Made by a program: the position numbers and the translations under genes
Assembly: GCA_965279515.1 (NCBI GenBank)
Contig: CBDIID010000003.1
Coordinates: 3,104,001-3,168,000 of the forward strand
Direction: 5' to 3'
Length of the DNA: 64,000 bases
Source of the DNA: Turneriella sp.
GTDB lineage: Bacteria > Spirochaetota > Leptospiria > Turneriellales > Turneriellaceae
Part shown: one piece after another, positions 46,887 through 56,873 of the stretch
Layout of the letters: each line of letters begins with the position of its first letter
How positions within the stretch are numbered: the first letter of the stretch is position 1
Notes under the pieces: generated by a model
Seen by the model: the letters and a program-made list of their open reading frames with translations, nothing else
Databases searched by the model: none
What the model was told of the DNA's origin: nothing

Positions 46887-49485
46887 ATCCGTTCAGGTAA
46901 ATCACCAGCTCGACTTCGATATCTTCATCTTTAATGTGAAACTGGTTTTCCACGACGAGAATCTCGCCGTGCTCCGTGGCGAGTCGCTGATCGACCAGGG
47001 TTCGTATTTCATCGGCGCTTTGCAGTAGGGTCGGCGTCGCCGGTTCGACGCTTTTTTCCGTGAGAAAGGTCAGGGTATTTGTATATGCACTGCCAAGGAT
47101 GTTGGTGATTTCAAGCAGCGGGCTTGCATCAAATTCGCCTTCGTGCTGTATGCCCGCGGCGTCAAACAAGAGTTTTGACATACGGCCTGCGCCAGGCTTT
47201 GTGAGAATGAGATCGATCGCTCCCGCGGCCGGTAACATCGGCAGGTGGAACAGGTAAATGTCATCGGCGCGTTCCATGATTTTCTCATAGAAGCTGCCAG
47301 AATTTGCCGCTTTGACGCGCGAACCTTTGCTTTTTTTAACGGCGATGCTGGTGTTGCCGGTGAGCATCTGTATGCCTTTGACAGCTGCCTTATTGCTCTG
47401 CGAAATCCATTTACGGATCAGCTCTTTATTGTTCGTGTCGAAAAGCTTTTCGATCGGTACTGCCGCACTGCTGGGCACCATCCCTTCGGGGATGGAATCT
47501 TCATTTGGTTTTTTTGCCGCTGCCATACTATCACTCCACAGAACGCGCTCCCGCTGACGGTTTAGATCGATGATCTCCGCAAGGTCAAGGATGAATACGA
47601 TTTCATTGTCACCGAGCATCGACGCACCGGCAAGCCCCGGTACAGGACGGTAATTTTCATTGAGGGATTTCACGACGAGGTCCTGTTTCTTGAGAAATTC
47701 GTCGATGCCGAGGGCAACCTTCTGCCCATGCAGATCAGCGACGATCGCAAAATGATGGTTTTCCGTGCTTTCTTCGATCGGCGGGTAACCCAGCACGCGG
47801 TCGAGCCGCAGGTAAGGCAGCATCATATTGCGTGAATGCAGAATATCCCTGCCGTCGATGCCGACGATGCTGCCGGCCGGCACCTTGAGGCTTTCTTCGA
47901 TGACCGAGAGTGGCAGCGCAAACACGTCGTTGCGCACTTTGAATGTCAGCGTCGTGAGGATAGCCAGCGTCAGCGGCAGTTTAACTACCATGCGCGTGCC
48001 TTTACCCTCGACCGAGGTGATCGTCAGATCGCCGGACAGGCGTTCTATCGATTCGCGTACGATGTCCATGCCGAAACCGCGGCCCGATACGTCGTCGGCG
48101 GTCTCTTTGGTGGAAAAGCCCGGCATAAAAATAAAATCGCGGATATCTTCCGGGGTTAGCAGTGCGGCCTTTTCGGCAGTGACGAGATTTTTTTCGAGCG
48201 CACGTTTGAGGATTTTTTCGAGGTTCATACCGCGACCGTCATCTTCGACCGTCACAAGTATACTACTGCCAGCCTGCGCGGCGCTGATTTTGAGCGTGCC
48301 TTCGCCGGTTTTGCCGGATGCGATGCGCTCGGCGGCAGGTTCGATACCGTGGTCCAGGGCGTTGCGTATAAGATGCGTCAGCGGCTTGACGATTTCGTCG
48401 ATCACGCGCTTGTCGAGCTCAGTCTTCTCGCCGCTGATCTCGAGCCGGATAGCCTTACCGGCGCTTTCGGCGTAATCGCGCACAAAGCGCTTGAAACGGG
48501 AAAATACATGTTCGATCGGCAACATGCGCGCGTGCATGACGATGTTCTGTATCTCAGCGGCGATGCGGAAAATTTCGCGGTTTTTCTCCGTAAGCCGCAG
48601 CGCCTGGTTTTCAGCGCCCTTGGTGACCGTGAGCTCGTCGGCGATATTGGTGAGCCCACCGTTCGCCAGCACCAGTTCGCCCGTCAGGTTAAGCAGGCGA
48701 TCGAGAACCTGAACGGAAAGGCGGATAGTATCGCCGCCGCTACCCTGCACGTCGGCGACGGTTTCAATTCTTTCACGCGCCGGTGCCGCTTCCGCAAAAC
48801 CTGTGCGGGCGATTTCGGCGACAGAGATATTTTCGATAAGATCGACGTTGAGGTTATCGCGGATATCGGCAATACTCGCAGGGGTCTCCACGATGAAAGA
48901 CAGCTGCCGGTCAGAGGCGAGAAAATCCGGGCTTTCGAGTTTTTCATCTGTGGGCTCTTTGGAGATTATCGTGCCGAGTTCGGCGAGTTTAGTCTCGACC
49001 AGAAAGGCCCGTACCGCGGGGGCCAGCTCCGCGCGCGCGACATGCAGCCGCACTTCGACCCGGCGCGGAGCATTATCTGCGGGTAATCCCCCTGTGCCCG
49101 CGCCTTCGAGTAGCAGCACCTGCAAACGGTCGGTGGTGGGGAGAATCGCAATTTCGGCCGGATTATTGCCGCTGCGCAGCGCCTCGCCAATTTCTGCCAT
49201 CGCGGCGCGGCAGTCGTTAAACAGGCGGAGCGCGTCGCGGCCGACGGCAAGTTTGCCGGTAAGCGATTCCTGCAGCGTCGTCTCGAGCGCATGGCCGAGC
49301 GCGACGAGGTTCGTCAAATTCATCATCGCCGCATTGCCCTTGATGGTATGCGCGGCGCGGAAAATATCCTCGAGAAAATTCGTATTGCCGGGTTCGCTCT
49401 CGAGGCGTACCAGGGCCCCCTCAATCGCGTTCAGGTTTTCGGATAAATCTTCTAGGAATGCGGAAGCCTCTGACCCGTTGGCCAT
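46885..49485 (-). CDS. cheA: Chemotaxis kinase CheA with C-terminal CheC-like domain
   Basis: Hpt FRAAHTIKG, HLIRNALDHG, GFST..SGRGFGMD, CheW-like P5; extension contains LEITNIL. Confidence 0.93.
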   Translation of the reverse strand: MANGSEASAFLEDLSENLNAIEGALVRLESEPGNTNFLEDIFRAAHTIKGNAAMMNLTNLVALGHALETTLQESLTGKLAVGRDALRLFNDCRAAMAEIGEALRSGNNPAEIAILPTTDRLQVLLLEGAGTGGLPADNAPRRVEVRLHVARAELAPAVRAFLVETKLAELGTIISKEPTDEKLESPDFLASDRQLSFIVETPASIADIRDNLNVDLIENISVAEIARTGFAEAAPARERIETVADVQGSGGDTIRLSVQVLDRLLNLTGELVLANGGLTNIADELTVTKGAENQALRLTEKNREIFRIAAEIQNIVMHARMLPIEHVFSRFKRFVRDYAESAGKAIRLEISGEKTELDKRVIDEIVKPLTHLIRNALDHGIEPAAERIASGKTGEGTLKISAAQAGSSILVTVEDDGRGMNLEKILKRALEKNLVTAEKAALLTPEDIRDFIFMPGFSTKETADDVSGRGFGMDIVRESIERLSGDLTITSVEGKGTRMVVKLPLTLAILTTLTFKVRNDVFALPLSVIEESLKVPAGSIVGIDGRDILHSRNMMLPYLRLDRVLGYPPIEESTENHHFAIVADLHGQKVALGIDEFLKKQDLVVKSLNENYRPVPGLAGASMLGDNEIVFILDLAEIIDLNRQRERVLWSDSMAAAKKPNEDSIPEGMVPSSAAVPIEKLFDTNNKELIRKWISQSNKAAVKGIQMLTGNTSIAVKKSKGSRVKAANSGSFYEKIMERADDIYLFHLPMLPAAGAIDLILTKPGAGRMSKLLFDAAGIQHEGEFDASPLLEITNILGSAYTNTLTFLTEKSVEPATPTLLQSADEIRTLVDQRLATEHGEILVVENQFHIKDEDIEVELVIYLNG

Positions 49486-49563
49486 GGGTTATTTTCGGCT
49501 TTTCGCGGGGGGGTGGAGAGAAATATTTATGTAAACGTTCGGCCATCCGGTCGATAACAGAGT

Positions 49564-50535
49564 ATGGCGGTTCAGAGCATTCAGACCCTTCGTGGCGATA
49601 AGATTTCTATCAGGAGCTTCACCTTCAGCTTTGCGCTGGGGGTTTTCCTGCTCGTGGAACTGGTACTGCTCTCGAGCCTCACCGCTTTCAGCTTTATTTC
49701 CCTGAAAGAAACCGCGCGCCAGCTCGAGATGGGTTACAGCGAGCGCGGGCGCGAAATTGCCCTCTCGCTTGCAGCGAGCACCATCGCCACCGACGTCAAA
49801 TCCCAGGCTAAGCTATCTGCACTGTTCGCCGGCATCGTGAACAAGAACCAGTATCTCGAGGGGGAGCGCCCCATTACCGAAGTTTTTGTGCTCCGGAAAG
49901 ACGGCCGGGTACTCGCACACAGCGACTATTCGCTCGTGACGACGCGCACGCGCGAGGCGGCGAATGAGGTCTCGGCGAAGTACAACAACGAATTCTACCA
50001 TTCCTCGCTCTTTTACGAAGCTAACAGTGTACAACAGCAGAATCTCGAAAAACCCGAGGGGATCTTCCACGGCAAGAATTCCTTTATTGTCGATTCGCTG
50101 ATGAGCTCCGATGTGCATTATTCGACCGACTTTTCCACGACCCTGAGGGAGACCGATGCGCGCACGAAAAAGGAAAAATCCTACGCCACGCTGCACGTGG
50201 TGATGAACCGCCTGGGCGAATATTATTACCTCTCCGCGATTTTCAACAAATACCTGTTGTTATTCGGTATTGTTTTCCTTGCCGGGTTTCTCGTTACCGG
50301 AATACTGCTTTTCGCCTTTTTCCTGCGCGCGCGCTATATACAGCGCGAATGGAAGGCTGCGCTGACCTATCTCTGGGAAAATGAGGTCATCAAAACCGAG
50401 GTCACACACGGCTTTCAGGCACTGTCAGGCAAATTGAACGACATTGAGAAGCGCGTCAACCAGCCGCCGGCGCTGCCGCAGGGGCGTCCGCAGACTGACA
50501 TTCTCGATGCGATTCTCATTGAACCTGTGAAATGA
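49564..50535 (+). CDS. Two-TM membrane protein with extracytoplasmic sensor-like domain
   Basis: Two TM segments; DGRVLAHSD. Confidence 0.75.
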   Translation: MAVQSIQTLRGDKISIRSFTFSFALGVFLLVELVLLSSLTAFSFISLKETARQLEMGYSERGREIALSLAASTIATDVKSQAKLSALFAGIVNKNQYLEGERPITEVFVLRKDGRVLAHSDYSLVTTRTREAANEVSAKYNNEFYHSSLFYEANSVQQQNLEKPEGIFHGKNSFIVDSLMSSDVHYSTDFSTTLRETDARTKKEKSYATLHVVMNRLGEYYYLSAIFNKYLLLFGIVFLAGFLVTGILLFAFFLRARYIQREWKAALTYLWENEVIKTEVTHGFQALSGKLNDIEKRVNQPPALPQGRPQTDILDAILIEPVK

Positions 50536-50541
50536 TCGCCC

Positions 50542-51360
50542 ATGCTCGAATTTAATACAGCATTCGAAAAAGACATTCTGGTCATCGAGCTCGAGGGCTC
50601 GCTTGATTCGCATAGCGCCGCCGATTTCCGTGCATGGTTTAATGAAAAGACGCGCGCCGGCTACCGGGCGTTTGCGATCGATTGCCTCTGCCTCGAATAC
50701 ATCTCTTCTGCCGGCATCAGCGCGCTCATCGATCTGCAAAACGCGCTCACGGGACAGAACGGCAAGATGCTGCTGTTCCAGCTTTCGAGTGAGACCCGCC
50801 AGCTGTTAAAATTTCTGCAGCTGGAGAAAAAACTCAATCTCGCGGGCGACTACGACGATGCGATCGCGGCGCTGACAGGTATTAAAAAGGTTATCAAAGA
50901 AGAAGCGCCGCCGATCGTCGAGGCGGGGGAAATCCGCGTTGTGCCAAAAGCACCGGAAAGCGAAGTCACTGCTGTCACAGAAGACGTATCGGCGAAACCA
51001 GCCGAAGATATCATGCATATGGAAGAGCATTTTTCGCCGGAGAAAAAGGGACTGCATCCCTTGCATGAAGATAAGCCCGCAGCGCCAGCCGCACAGGCTG
51101 CGCCGGTTGCCCCGACACCGCCATCGCTTGCTGCTGCACCCGTAGCGTCAGGCGCTCCCGTGGCGACAGAACTTCCGCCACCAGAGCCCCCGGTGATAGA
51201 AGATAAACCATCGCCCGAAGCCCAGGAATTAAAACTGAATGTGGCCGCGAAACGGCTCATCACCTGTCCGAACTGCAAGGCGGTACTGCGCCTTGCAGTG
51301 GCGGGCGAGTATCTCTGCCCGGCATGCCGGTTTCGTTTTACTTATAAAGGTAATGCTTAA
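50542..51360 (+). CDS. STAS domain protein with Pro/Ala linker and Zn ribbon
   Basis: LEGSLD, YISSAGI; CPNC..CPAC. Confidence 0.85.
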   Translation: MLEFNTAFEKDILVIELEGSLDSHSAADFRAWFNEKTRAGYRAFAIDCLCLEYISSAGISALIDLQNALTGQNGKMLLFQLSSETRQLLKFLQLEKKLNLAGDYDDAIAALTGIKKVIKEEAPPIVEAGEIRVVPKAPESEVTAVTEDVSAKPAEDIMHMEEHFSPEKKGLHPLHEDKPAAPAAQAAPVAPTPPSLAAAPVASGAPVATELPPPEPPVIEDKPSPEAQELKLNVAAKRLITCPNCKAVLRLAVAGEYLCPACRFRFTYKGNA

Positions 51361-51363
51361 TCT

Positions 51364-51397
51364 TCTTTTGCCCATGAATTAATTCATGGGCAAAAGA
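51364..51397. terminator. 34-bp perfect palindrome (bidirectional terminator or REP-like)
   Basis: TCTTTTGCCCATGAATTAATTCATGGGCAAAAGA between convergent genes. Confidence 0.75.
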
Positions 51398-51398
51398 G

Positions 51399-52544
51399 TT
51401 ATTCCAGAACGGTTTTTAAATCTTTCGCAAACGCAATTGCATAGACCGGAATCTCGTGGCCGAGGCCGGCGAGTGTATCCATGCTGAGGCGCTGGCTGGT
51501 TTTGCCGGGGCCGAAGTCAAGAATGTGCGTGATCGATTTATCGTTCTTCACCGGCAGCATCGATTTTTCCCAGTAGAGAGTTTTGACCATCAGGTCATCG
51601 GTCATGCGCATGCCGAGCTCGGGTGAGCTTTGCAGGTTCGTGCCATCCCAAAAGGAGTAAACTGGCATCTTAAGATCGGAGCCCTTGAAATCGAAGCCGA
51701 TCTTCGCGAGGTCGGGTTTGAATTTCTCGAGAATCGGCGTCATGAGTTCGCAGTGGAATGGGCAGGTCGAGCGCAGGTAGACGAATTTAATCTGCTTTGC
51801 TTCAAACTCCGCCTTATAACGTTCGTGAAAGGCAATGAGGTCGCCACGCGCGCCGGAGAGAATGCGGTTCGCGGGTGTGTTATAGAGACTCACGAAAATC
51901 TTCTTCGCGGCGCCGTTGAACTCTTTCACCCACGCTTCGATTGTCGCATGGCTTTCGCCGAGAACCGCGACCATGGGTGCTGGACCCTTGGCGCCTAAAC
52001 CTTCGCTCTTGGCGCTCTCTTCAGCAGTGGCGGTGATATGGGGAAAAACTTCCTGCGCGCGCACACCCATCAGAAACAGGTACTGGATGTACTTATAGAC
52101 GGCGTCGTTGTATGCCTGGCCTTCGAGTCCGAGCGCCGTAAAACTCGCAGCGATGAGGCCCTGGCTGTGGCCGGTTGCCCCCGCGGTGTGGGCCAGCATG
52201 GTTTTGCGGTCAAAGCCCTGCTGGTTGAGGTATTCGTAATGCGCGAACTGTGTTGCCTGAATCAGGCCGAGGGAGATCCCGGCGATTGACATAAAATCAT
52301 CAGAGGGCGCCGAGTCTGCTTCGGTGAGCCACTTGCGGAAATCGACTTTTTCGGGATGGGCGGCGGTGCCTTCGACCATTTTTGCGGCGGCTTCGATGGC
52401 TGATACAGCGACATCAAAGTAGGGTTTCATCGAGGCTTCGGCGTAGAGCTTCTGCATCTCTTTGAGGTAGGGGGCGCCTTGCCCGCCGAACTGGAGGAGG
52501 AATTTTGCCTGGCCCGCTTTCGCGGCGTCGAGTAGTTTGGACAT
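51399..52544 (-). CDS. Stand-alone ACP acyltransferase (SAT/MAT-like)
   Basis: FGGQG, GHSQG, PFH, DFGPG. Confidence 0.85.
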   Translation of the reverse strand: MSKLLDAAKAGQAKFLLQFGGQGAPYLKEMQKLYAEASMKPYFDVAVSAIEAAAKMVEGTAAHPEKVDFRKWLTEADSAPSDDFMSIAGISLGLIQATQFAHYEYLNQQGFDRKTMLAHTAGATGHSQGLIAASFTALGLEGQAYNDAVYKYIQYLFLMGVRAQEVFPHITATAEESAKSEGLGAKGPAPMVAVLGESHATIEAWVKEFNGAAKKIFVSLYNTPANRILSGARGDLIAFHERYKAEFEAKQIKFVYLRSTCPFHCELMTPILEKFKPDLAKIGFDFKGSDLKMPVYSFWDGTNLQSSPELGMRMTDDLMVKTLYWEKSMLPVKNDKSITHILDFGPGKTSQRLSMDTLAGLGHEIPVYAIAFAKDLKTVLE

Positions 52545-52642
52545 CCGCTCGCTTTCCGAATTTTATTCAGAGCGTCGAGTGAAATGAGCTTTATCGCCGT
52601 TAAAATCGCTTGAAATTGAATTCAGGGCCACCAGAACGGTAT

Positions 52643-54088
52643 ATGCTGAGCCGCATGCTCCTTGTGACTGGTCTGTGCGCATTCCGTCTGGCAGCGGTTG
52701 ACCTTCCTGGTGACTCGGCAATCCGACAGATGAAAGAGCGCGGCGCCGCCGCGGCCGAAGACTTGAGTCGCGCCTATGGCGTCGATGGCTTTGCGACGGA
52801 TATCTTCCACAAAGATGAGTCGCTGCTCTCGCTGGCCGTGCAATCAGGTAATCCACAGGCCGTGAAGTGGCTGCTCGACCACGGTGCGAAAATCGACGGC
52901 CATGATGGCCGCGGTATGCCGCTCTGGTTTGCCGCATTCCGTAAAGATACCGCGATCGTTCGCCTTCTCATCGCGAAAGGCGCCAAACCGAAGGTCGTAG
53001 CGGCGCGTGTGAATATGATCGAACCCGCAGTGCGCTCCGGCAGTATGGAACTGGCACAGATACTGATCGATAATGGCGCTCAGGTGGATTACCCCTTGGT
53101 ATTATTATCATGCACAGATGCGCCCTTAGCAATGACCCGCTATCTTTTGCCGAAAGCAGAAATGTCCGCGTACTGGATGACGCGCTGCATGGACTTTGCG
53201 CTCGAAAAGGATAAGTTCGACATTGTCACTTATTTGCTCAAAGAGAAAAATACCGAGGTCTCTGCCGGCACGCTTTTTATTGCACTCGCTGCGATCATAC
53301 AGCGGCAAGCGCCGCTGCCGGCGGAGTTGCTGCAGATGATTGTCGACCGCACACCCGACATCAATGCCATCGATACCCTTTCATTCCATTTCATTCCCGG
53401 CGACACTTCGGGGTTTAGCTTCGAAGATAAAACGGCGCTGATGGTTGCCGCATTTTACAACCGAACTGACTTGCTGCATATGCTCTTAAAACGAAACCCA
53501 GACGTGGGCAGGCAGACCCCTGGGCGCAAATACACAGCCCTGCATTATGCTGCCATGCGTTGCCACCGCGAAGCCATTGATGTCCTGCTGGAGTACCGCG
53601 CCTCCCTGAATCAGAACGATATTTTCGAAATGGCGCCGCTGAACTATGCGGCGGATCATTGTCCGCGGGAAATCGTGGCCCAGCTGGAGCGTGCTGGCGC
53701 GCAGAAGACAATCCTAACCCACAGCACGAAACGCGATGTCCGCAACGTCTTGTTTCATTATGGAATTCCCATCGCCTATACTATTTTTGCCGTCGCGATG
53801 CGCGAGGGCGTTTATAAGGATAATCCGCAGGATAACTGGTTTGGCCGCATCAATGGCCCGCTGGCCACGGCATTTCTGCTCGGGCCTGTGCCGGCTTTTG
53901 TTTTGATAGAGTCGAAATCGCTGGGGCTTCTGGGTGGCATTCTCGCGCCTTATATTGCCGTCATCGGCGGGATTGCCGGCCTTACCCTCGGCCTCATCTA
54001 CAATGAACGTTTCAACGACAACCGCGGTATCTATTACGCTTCGGTTGCGCCGATCTACGCGTTCACCCTGGCGCAGTTTTTTTTCTGA
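52643..54088 (+). CDS. Ankyrin-repeat protein with C-terminal TM helices
   Basis: KTALMVAA, YTALHYAA, PLWFAA, LLDHGA. Confidence 0.88.
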   Translation: MLSRMLLVTGLCAFRLAAVDLPGDSAIRQMKERGAAAAEDLSRAYGVDGFATDIFHKDESLLSLAVQSGNPQAVKWLLDHGAKIDGHDGRGMPLWFAAFRKDTAIVRLLIAKGAKPKVVAARVNMIEPAVRSGSMELAQILIDNGAQVDYPLVLLSCTDAPLAMTRYLLPKAEMSAYWMTRCMDFALEKDKFDIVTYLLKEKNTEVSAGTLFIALAAIIQRQAPLPAELLQMIVDRTPDINAIDTLSFHFIPGDTSGFSFEDKTALMVAAFYNRTDLLHMLLKRNPDVGRQTPGRKYTALHYAAMRCHREAIDVLLEYRASLNQNDIFEMAPLNYAADHCPREIVAQLERAGAQKTILTHSTKRDVRNVLFHYGIPIAYTIFAVAMREGVYKDNPQDNWFGRINGPLATAFLLGPVPAFVLIESKSLGLLGGILAPYIAVIGGIAGLTLGLIYNERFNDNRGIYYASVAPIYAFTLAQFFF

Positions 54089-54124
54089 ACTTGGGGTTTT
54101 CCTGCATGACAAAGTGATCGCCGT

Positions 54125-55045
54125 TTGCGGTCGGTACCGCCGATCGTGTTCACACAATTCTGTAAAAAAATCGCCGCGGCGCCGGCTTTTCAAAATTCCA
54201 TCATCGGCGTTATTTTATTCGCAGGGCTGCTCGTCGGTCTCGAAACATACCCGGCTATCGAACAACGGTACGGCCGTATCCTGGATATTGTTGATATCGT
54301 CATTATTGTACTCTTCACGGCAGAGGTTTTAATCAAAATCGGCGCCGAGGGCGCAAAACCGTGGCGCTATTTCCGCGATCCATGGAATGTCTTCGACTTC
54401 ATCATTGTCACGGCGTGTTTCCTGCCCTTCGACAACCAGTACATCACCGTACTGCGACTGATCCGGCTGCTGCGTATTTTGCGCCTCCTGCGTGCCTTAC
54501 CCAAATTGCAGATTCTGGTCAATGCCCTGTTTAAAAGTATTCCTTCGATGGGTTATGTAGCGGTGCTCATGGGACTCCTCTTTTACGTCTTCGCGATAGC
54601 CGGTGTTTTTCTGTTCGGAAAAAATGACCCGCTGCATTTTGGCAACCTGAGCCAATCACTTTTATCGCTGTTTCAAACGGTGACGCTTGAGGGCTGGATT
54701 GAGCTGCTGAATATTCAGCTTCACGGTTGCGACAAAGTTGGTTATGAGGCATTTAAAGCTCTCTGCACGCATCCGCAACAAATGGCGCTTGCACCACTGT
54801 TTTTTATCACGTTCATTCTTTTGGGAACCTTCATTATGATGAACCTTTTCATCGGTGTCATACTCAACGGCATGGAAGAGGCGCGCAATGAACTGGCCGA
54901 TCTGAAAAAAAAGGAAGCTGCCGCCAACCCGCGCGCTTATGATTTAAAGCGCATTGAAGTAGAAGTTGAAAAGCTCAACACGAGCCTCAAGACCCTGCAG
55001 ATTACCAAAATCCGGTTCCGGGAAAAAGGTGACGAGGATGCCTGA
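54125..55045 (+). CDS. Voltage-gated cation channel (BacNav/Cav family)
   Basis: WNVFDF, S4 LRLIRLLRILRLLR, filter TLEGWIE, MNLFIGVI, coiled-coil tail. Confidence 0.93.
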   Translation: MRSVPPIVFTQFCKKIAAAPAFQNSIIGVILFAGLLVGLETYPAIEQRYGRILDIVDIVIIVLFTAEVLIKIGAEGAKPWRYFRDPWNVFDFIIVTACFLPFDNQYITVLRLIRLLRILRLLRALPKLQILVNALFKSIPSMGYVAVLMGLLFYVFAIAGVFLFGKNDPLHFGNLSQSLLSLFQTVTLEGWIELLNIQLHGCDKVGYEAFKALCTHPQQMALAPLFFITFILLGTFIMMNLFIGVILNGMEEARNELADLKKKEAAANPRAYDLKRIEVEVEKLNTSLKTLQITKIRFREKGDEDA

Positions 55046-55060
55046 TGGCGAAGACGTCTT

Positions 55061-56833
55061 TTAAGCGTAGATATGTTCTTTGCCCTTTGCGGCGAGAAAT
55101 TTACCGAAGCCTCTCTTTTTACCTAAATCAGGCAGTGCCTTTCCGTTTTTGACTGCCGCGCGTCCGTTGATAAAGACCGCGCGCACTGCGGCGTCGTTGC
55201 GGCGCACGAGCCTGACAAGACCGCCGAATTCCGGCATCTTCGCCTCATGGATTTCTTCAACCTCATCGGTGATAGCCTTGGGATCGAGGATGGTAATATC
55301 GGCCTGCATGCCGATGCTGAGTTTGCCGTTATTTAACCCGAACCAATCGGCGATTTCGCCGGTAAGGCGCCAGATGGCTTTTTCGACGCTCATGAAGGGT
55401 TTGCCCTCTTTCTCAGCCGCGCGCACGAGGTTCAGCATCCGCAAGGGAAAATTGTAATGGGCCATACCGCGCAGGTGCGCACCGGCATCGGAAAAGCCGA
55501 TCAAGACATCGGGGTGGCTCACGATGTAACGCAGCGGTTTCACGCGGTCGTTGCCGATCACCGTATACCAGCGGATGTCATTGCCGTACTCAGCACAGAG
55601 GTCGAGAAAGGTATCGACAACATGCTGTTTGCGTTCGCGGGCTATCTCCACGAAAGATCGGCCGATGAGATCGGTATCCGGGCATTCGACGACTTTAGAT
55701 TGGTTGAAATCGCGGTGGAAGACGCGCGGCAGAAACCAATTGGTCCACTGCCGGCGAAACCAGCTGCGGTATTTGGAATCGCTCAGCAGTTTTTTGCGCT
55801 CGGCGAGATTTTCCAGGTGGATCGCAGCTGTGCCGGCGCCGAATTCCTCGAAGACGACGACATCGACGCCGTCGGCGTAGAGATCAAAAATCTCGGGCAG
55901 CGCCTGCAGGCGAATATCGGCGCGGAGCACCTTGTTGAAGAACCGCGTCAGGCCTGCGACGAGGCGGTAGAGGGTGCGGTTCGAGCGCACGTCCATGAGC
56001 GAGATAATTGTCGTTTTGAGCTTACGCCGCATGAACCCCATGCTCTCCTTAAAAAATAATAGCACATTATACTTCGTCGAAACATTCGGCACGCCCTGAA
56101 AGACTGCGCCGCGTTTACGCAGAAGATTGCAGAAGCTATGGATCTCGCTCCACCGCGCATAGGTCGAGGGCAGCGCACGGCTGCGGAAACGCTCGCCGTC
56201 CATTTTATCCCATGTCAGCGTATTGATCGAGAGGCCAAGGTAACCCGCGTCGAGGGCTTCATCGAGCAGGCGCTCCATACGGCGCTGCTCTTCTTTGGTT
56301 GGCTTTTCTCCCTTAGTTAATGAACGCCCGAGTCCCATGACATGGGCGCGTATTGCCGAATGCCCGAGAAAGCTCGCGACATTGGGCCCGAGCTTCAGGC
56401 CATTGATGTGATCCGCGTATTCCCGCGCGGTATTCCAGCTTTTCTTCTTTAATAGGGGCAGAACCTGTTTGCGGGGGATTGCCTCGACGCGGCTGAACAT
56501 ATCGGCGAGATCTTCAGGCGTGCCGATGCACAGGCTAAGGGAGCAGCTGCCAATAGCGACAGTGGTTACGCCATGGCGCACCGATTCAGAAAGCGCTGGT
56601 GCCGCTTCAATCTCCGCGTCGTAGTGTGTGTGGAAATCGATAAAACCGGGAGTCACCCAAAGCCCGTCGGCCTTGTGAAAGGCCTTCGCCTGCGTCCGCG
56701 GTATGGCTTCCCTGCTGATCGCCGCGATTTTTCCGCCGCGCACGCCGACATCGCCGACAAAGGCAGGTGCGCCTGTGCCGTCATAGATCGTTCCGCGGCT
56801 AATGACAAGATCGAATTTTTTTGGGTTCGGCAT
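55061..56833 (-). CDS. N-acyl-D-amino-acid deacylase family amidohydrolase
   Basis: PGFIDFHTHYD, GVTTV, SDAGAH. Confidence 0.92.
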   Translation of the reverse strand: MPNPKKFDLVISRGTIYDGTGAPAFVGDVGVRGGKIAAISREAIPRTQAKAFHKADGLWVTPGFIDFHTHYDAEIEAAPALSESVRHGVTTVAIGSCSLSLCIGTPEDLADMFSRVEAIPRKQVLPLLKKKSWNTAREYADHINGLKLGPNVASFLGHSAIRAHVMGLGRSLTKGEKPTKEEQRRMERLLDEALDAGYLGLSINTLTWDKMDGERFRSRALPSTYARWSEIHSFCNLLRKRGAVFQGVPNVSTKYNVLLFFKESMGFMRRKLKTTIISLMDVRSNRTLYRLVAGLTRFFNKVLRADIRLQALPEIFDLYADGVDVVVFEEFGAGTAAIHLENLAERKKLLSDSKYRSWFRRQWTNWFLPRVFHRDFNQSKVVECPDTDLIGRSFVEIARERKQHVVDTFLDLCAEYGNDIRWYTVIGNDRVKPLRYIVSHPDVLIGFSDAGAHLRGMAHYNFPLRMLNLVRAAEKEGKPFMSVEKAIWRLTGEIADWFGLNNGKLSIGMQADITILDPKAITDEVEEIHEAKMPEFGGLVRLVRRNDAAVRAVFINGRAAVKNGKALPDLGKKRGFGKFLAAKGKEHIYA

Positions 56834-56873
56834 GCTTCACGCGGAACCCCACGGTTCGGGCGTAAAGATATTT

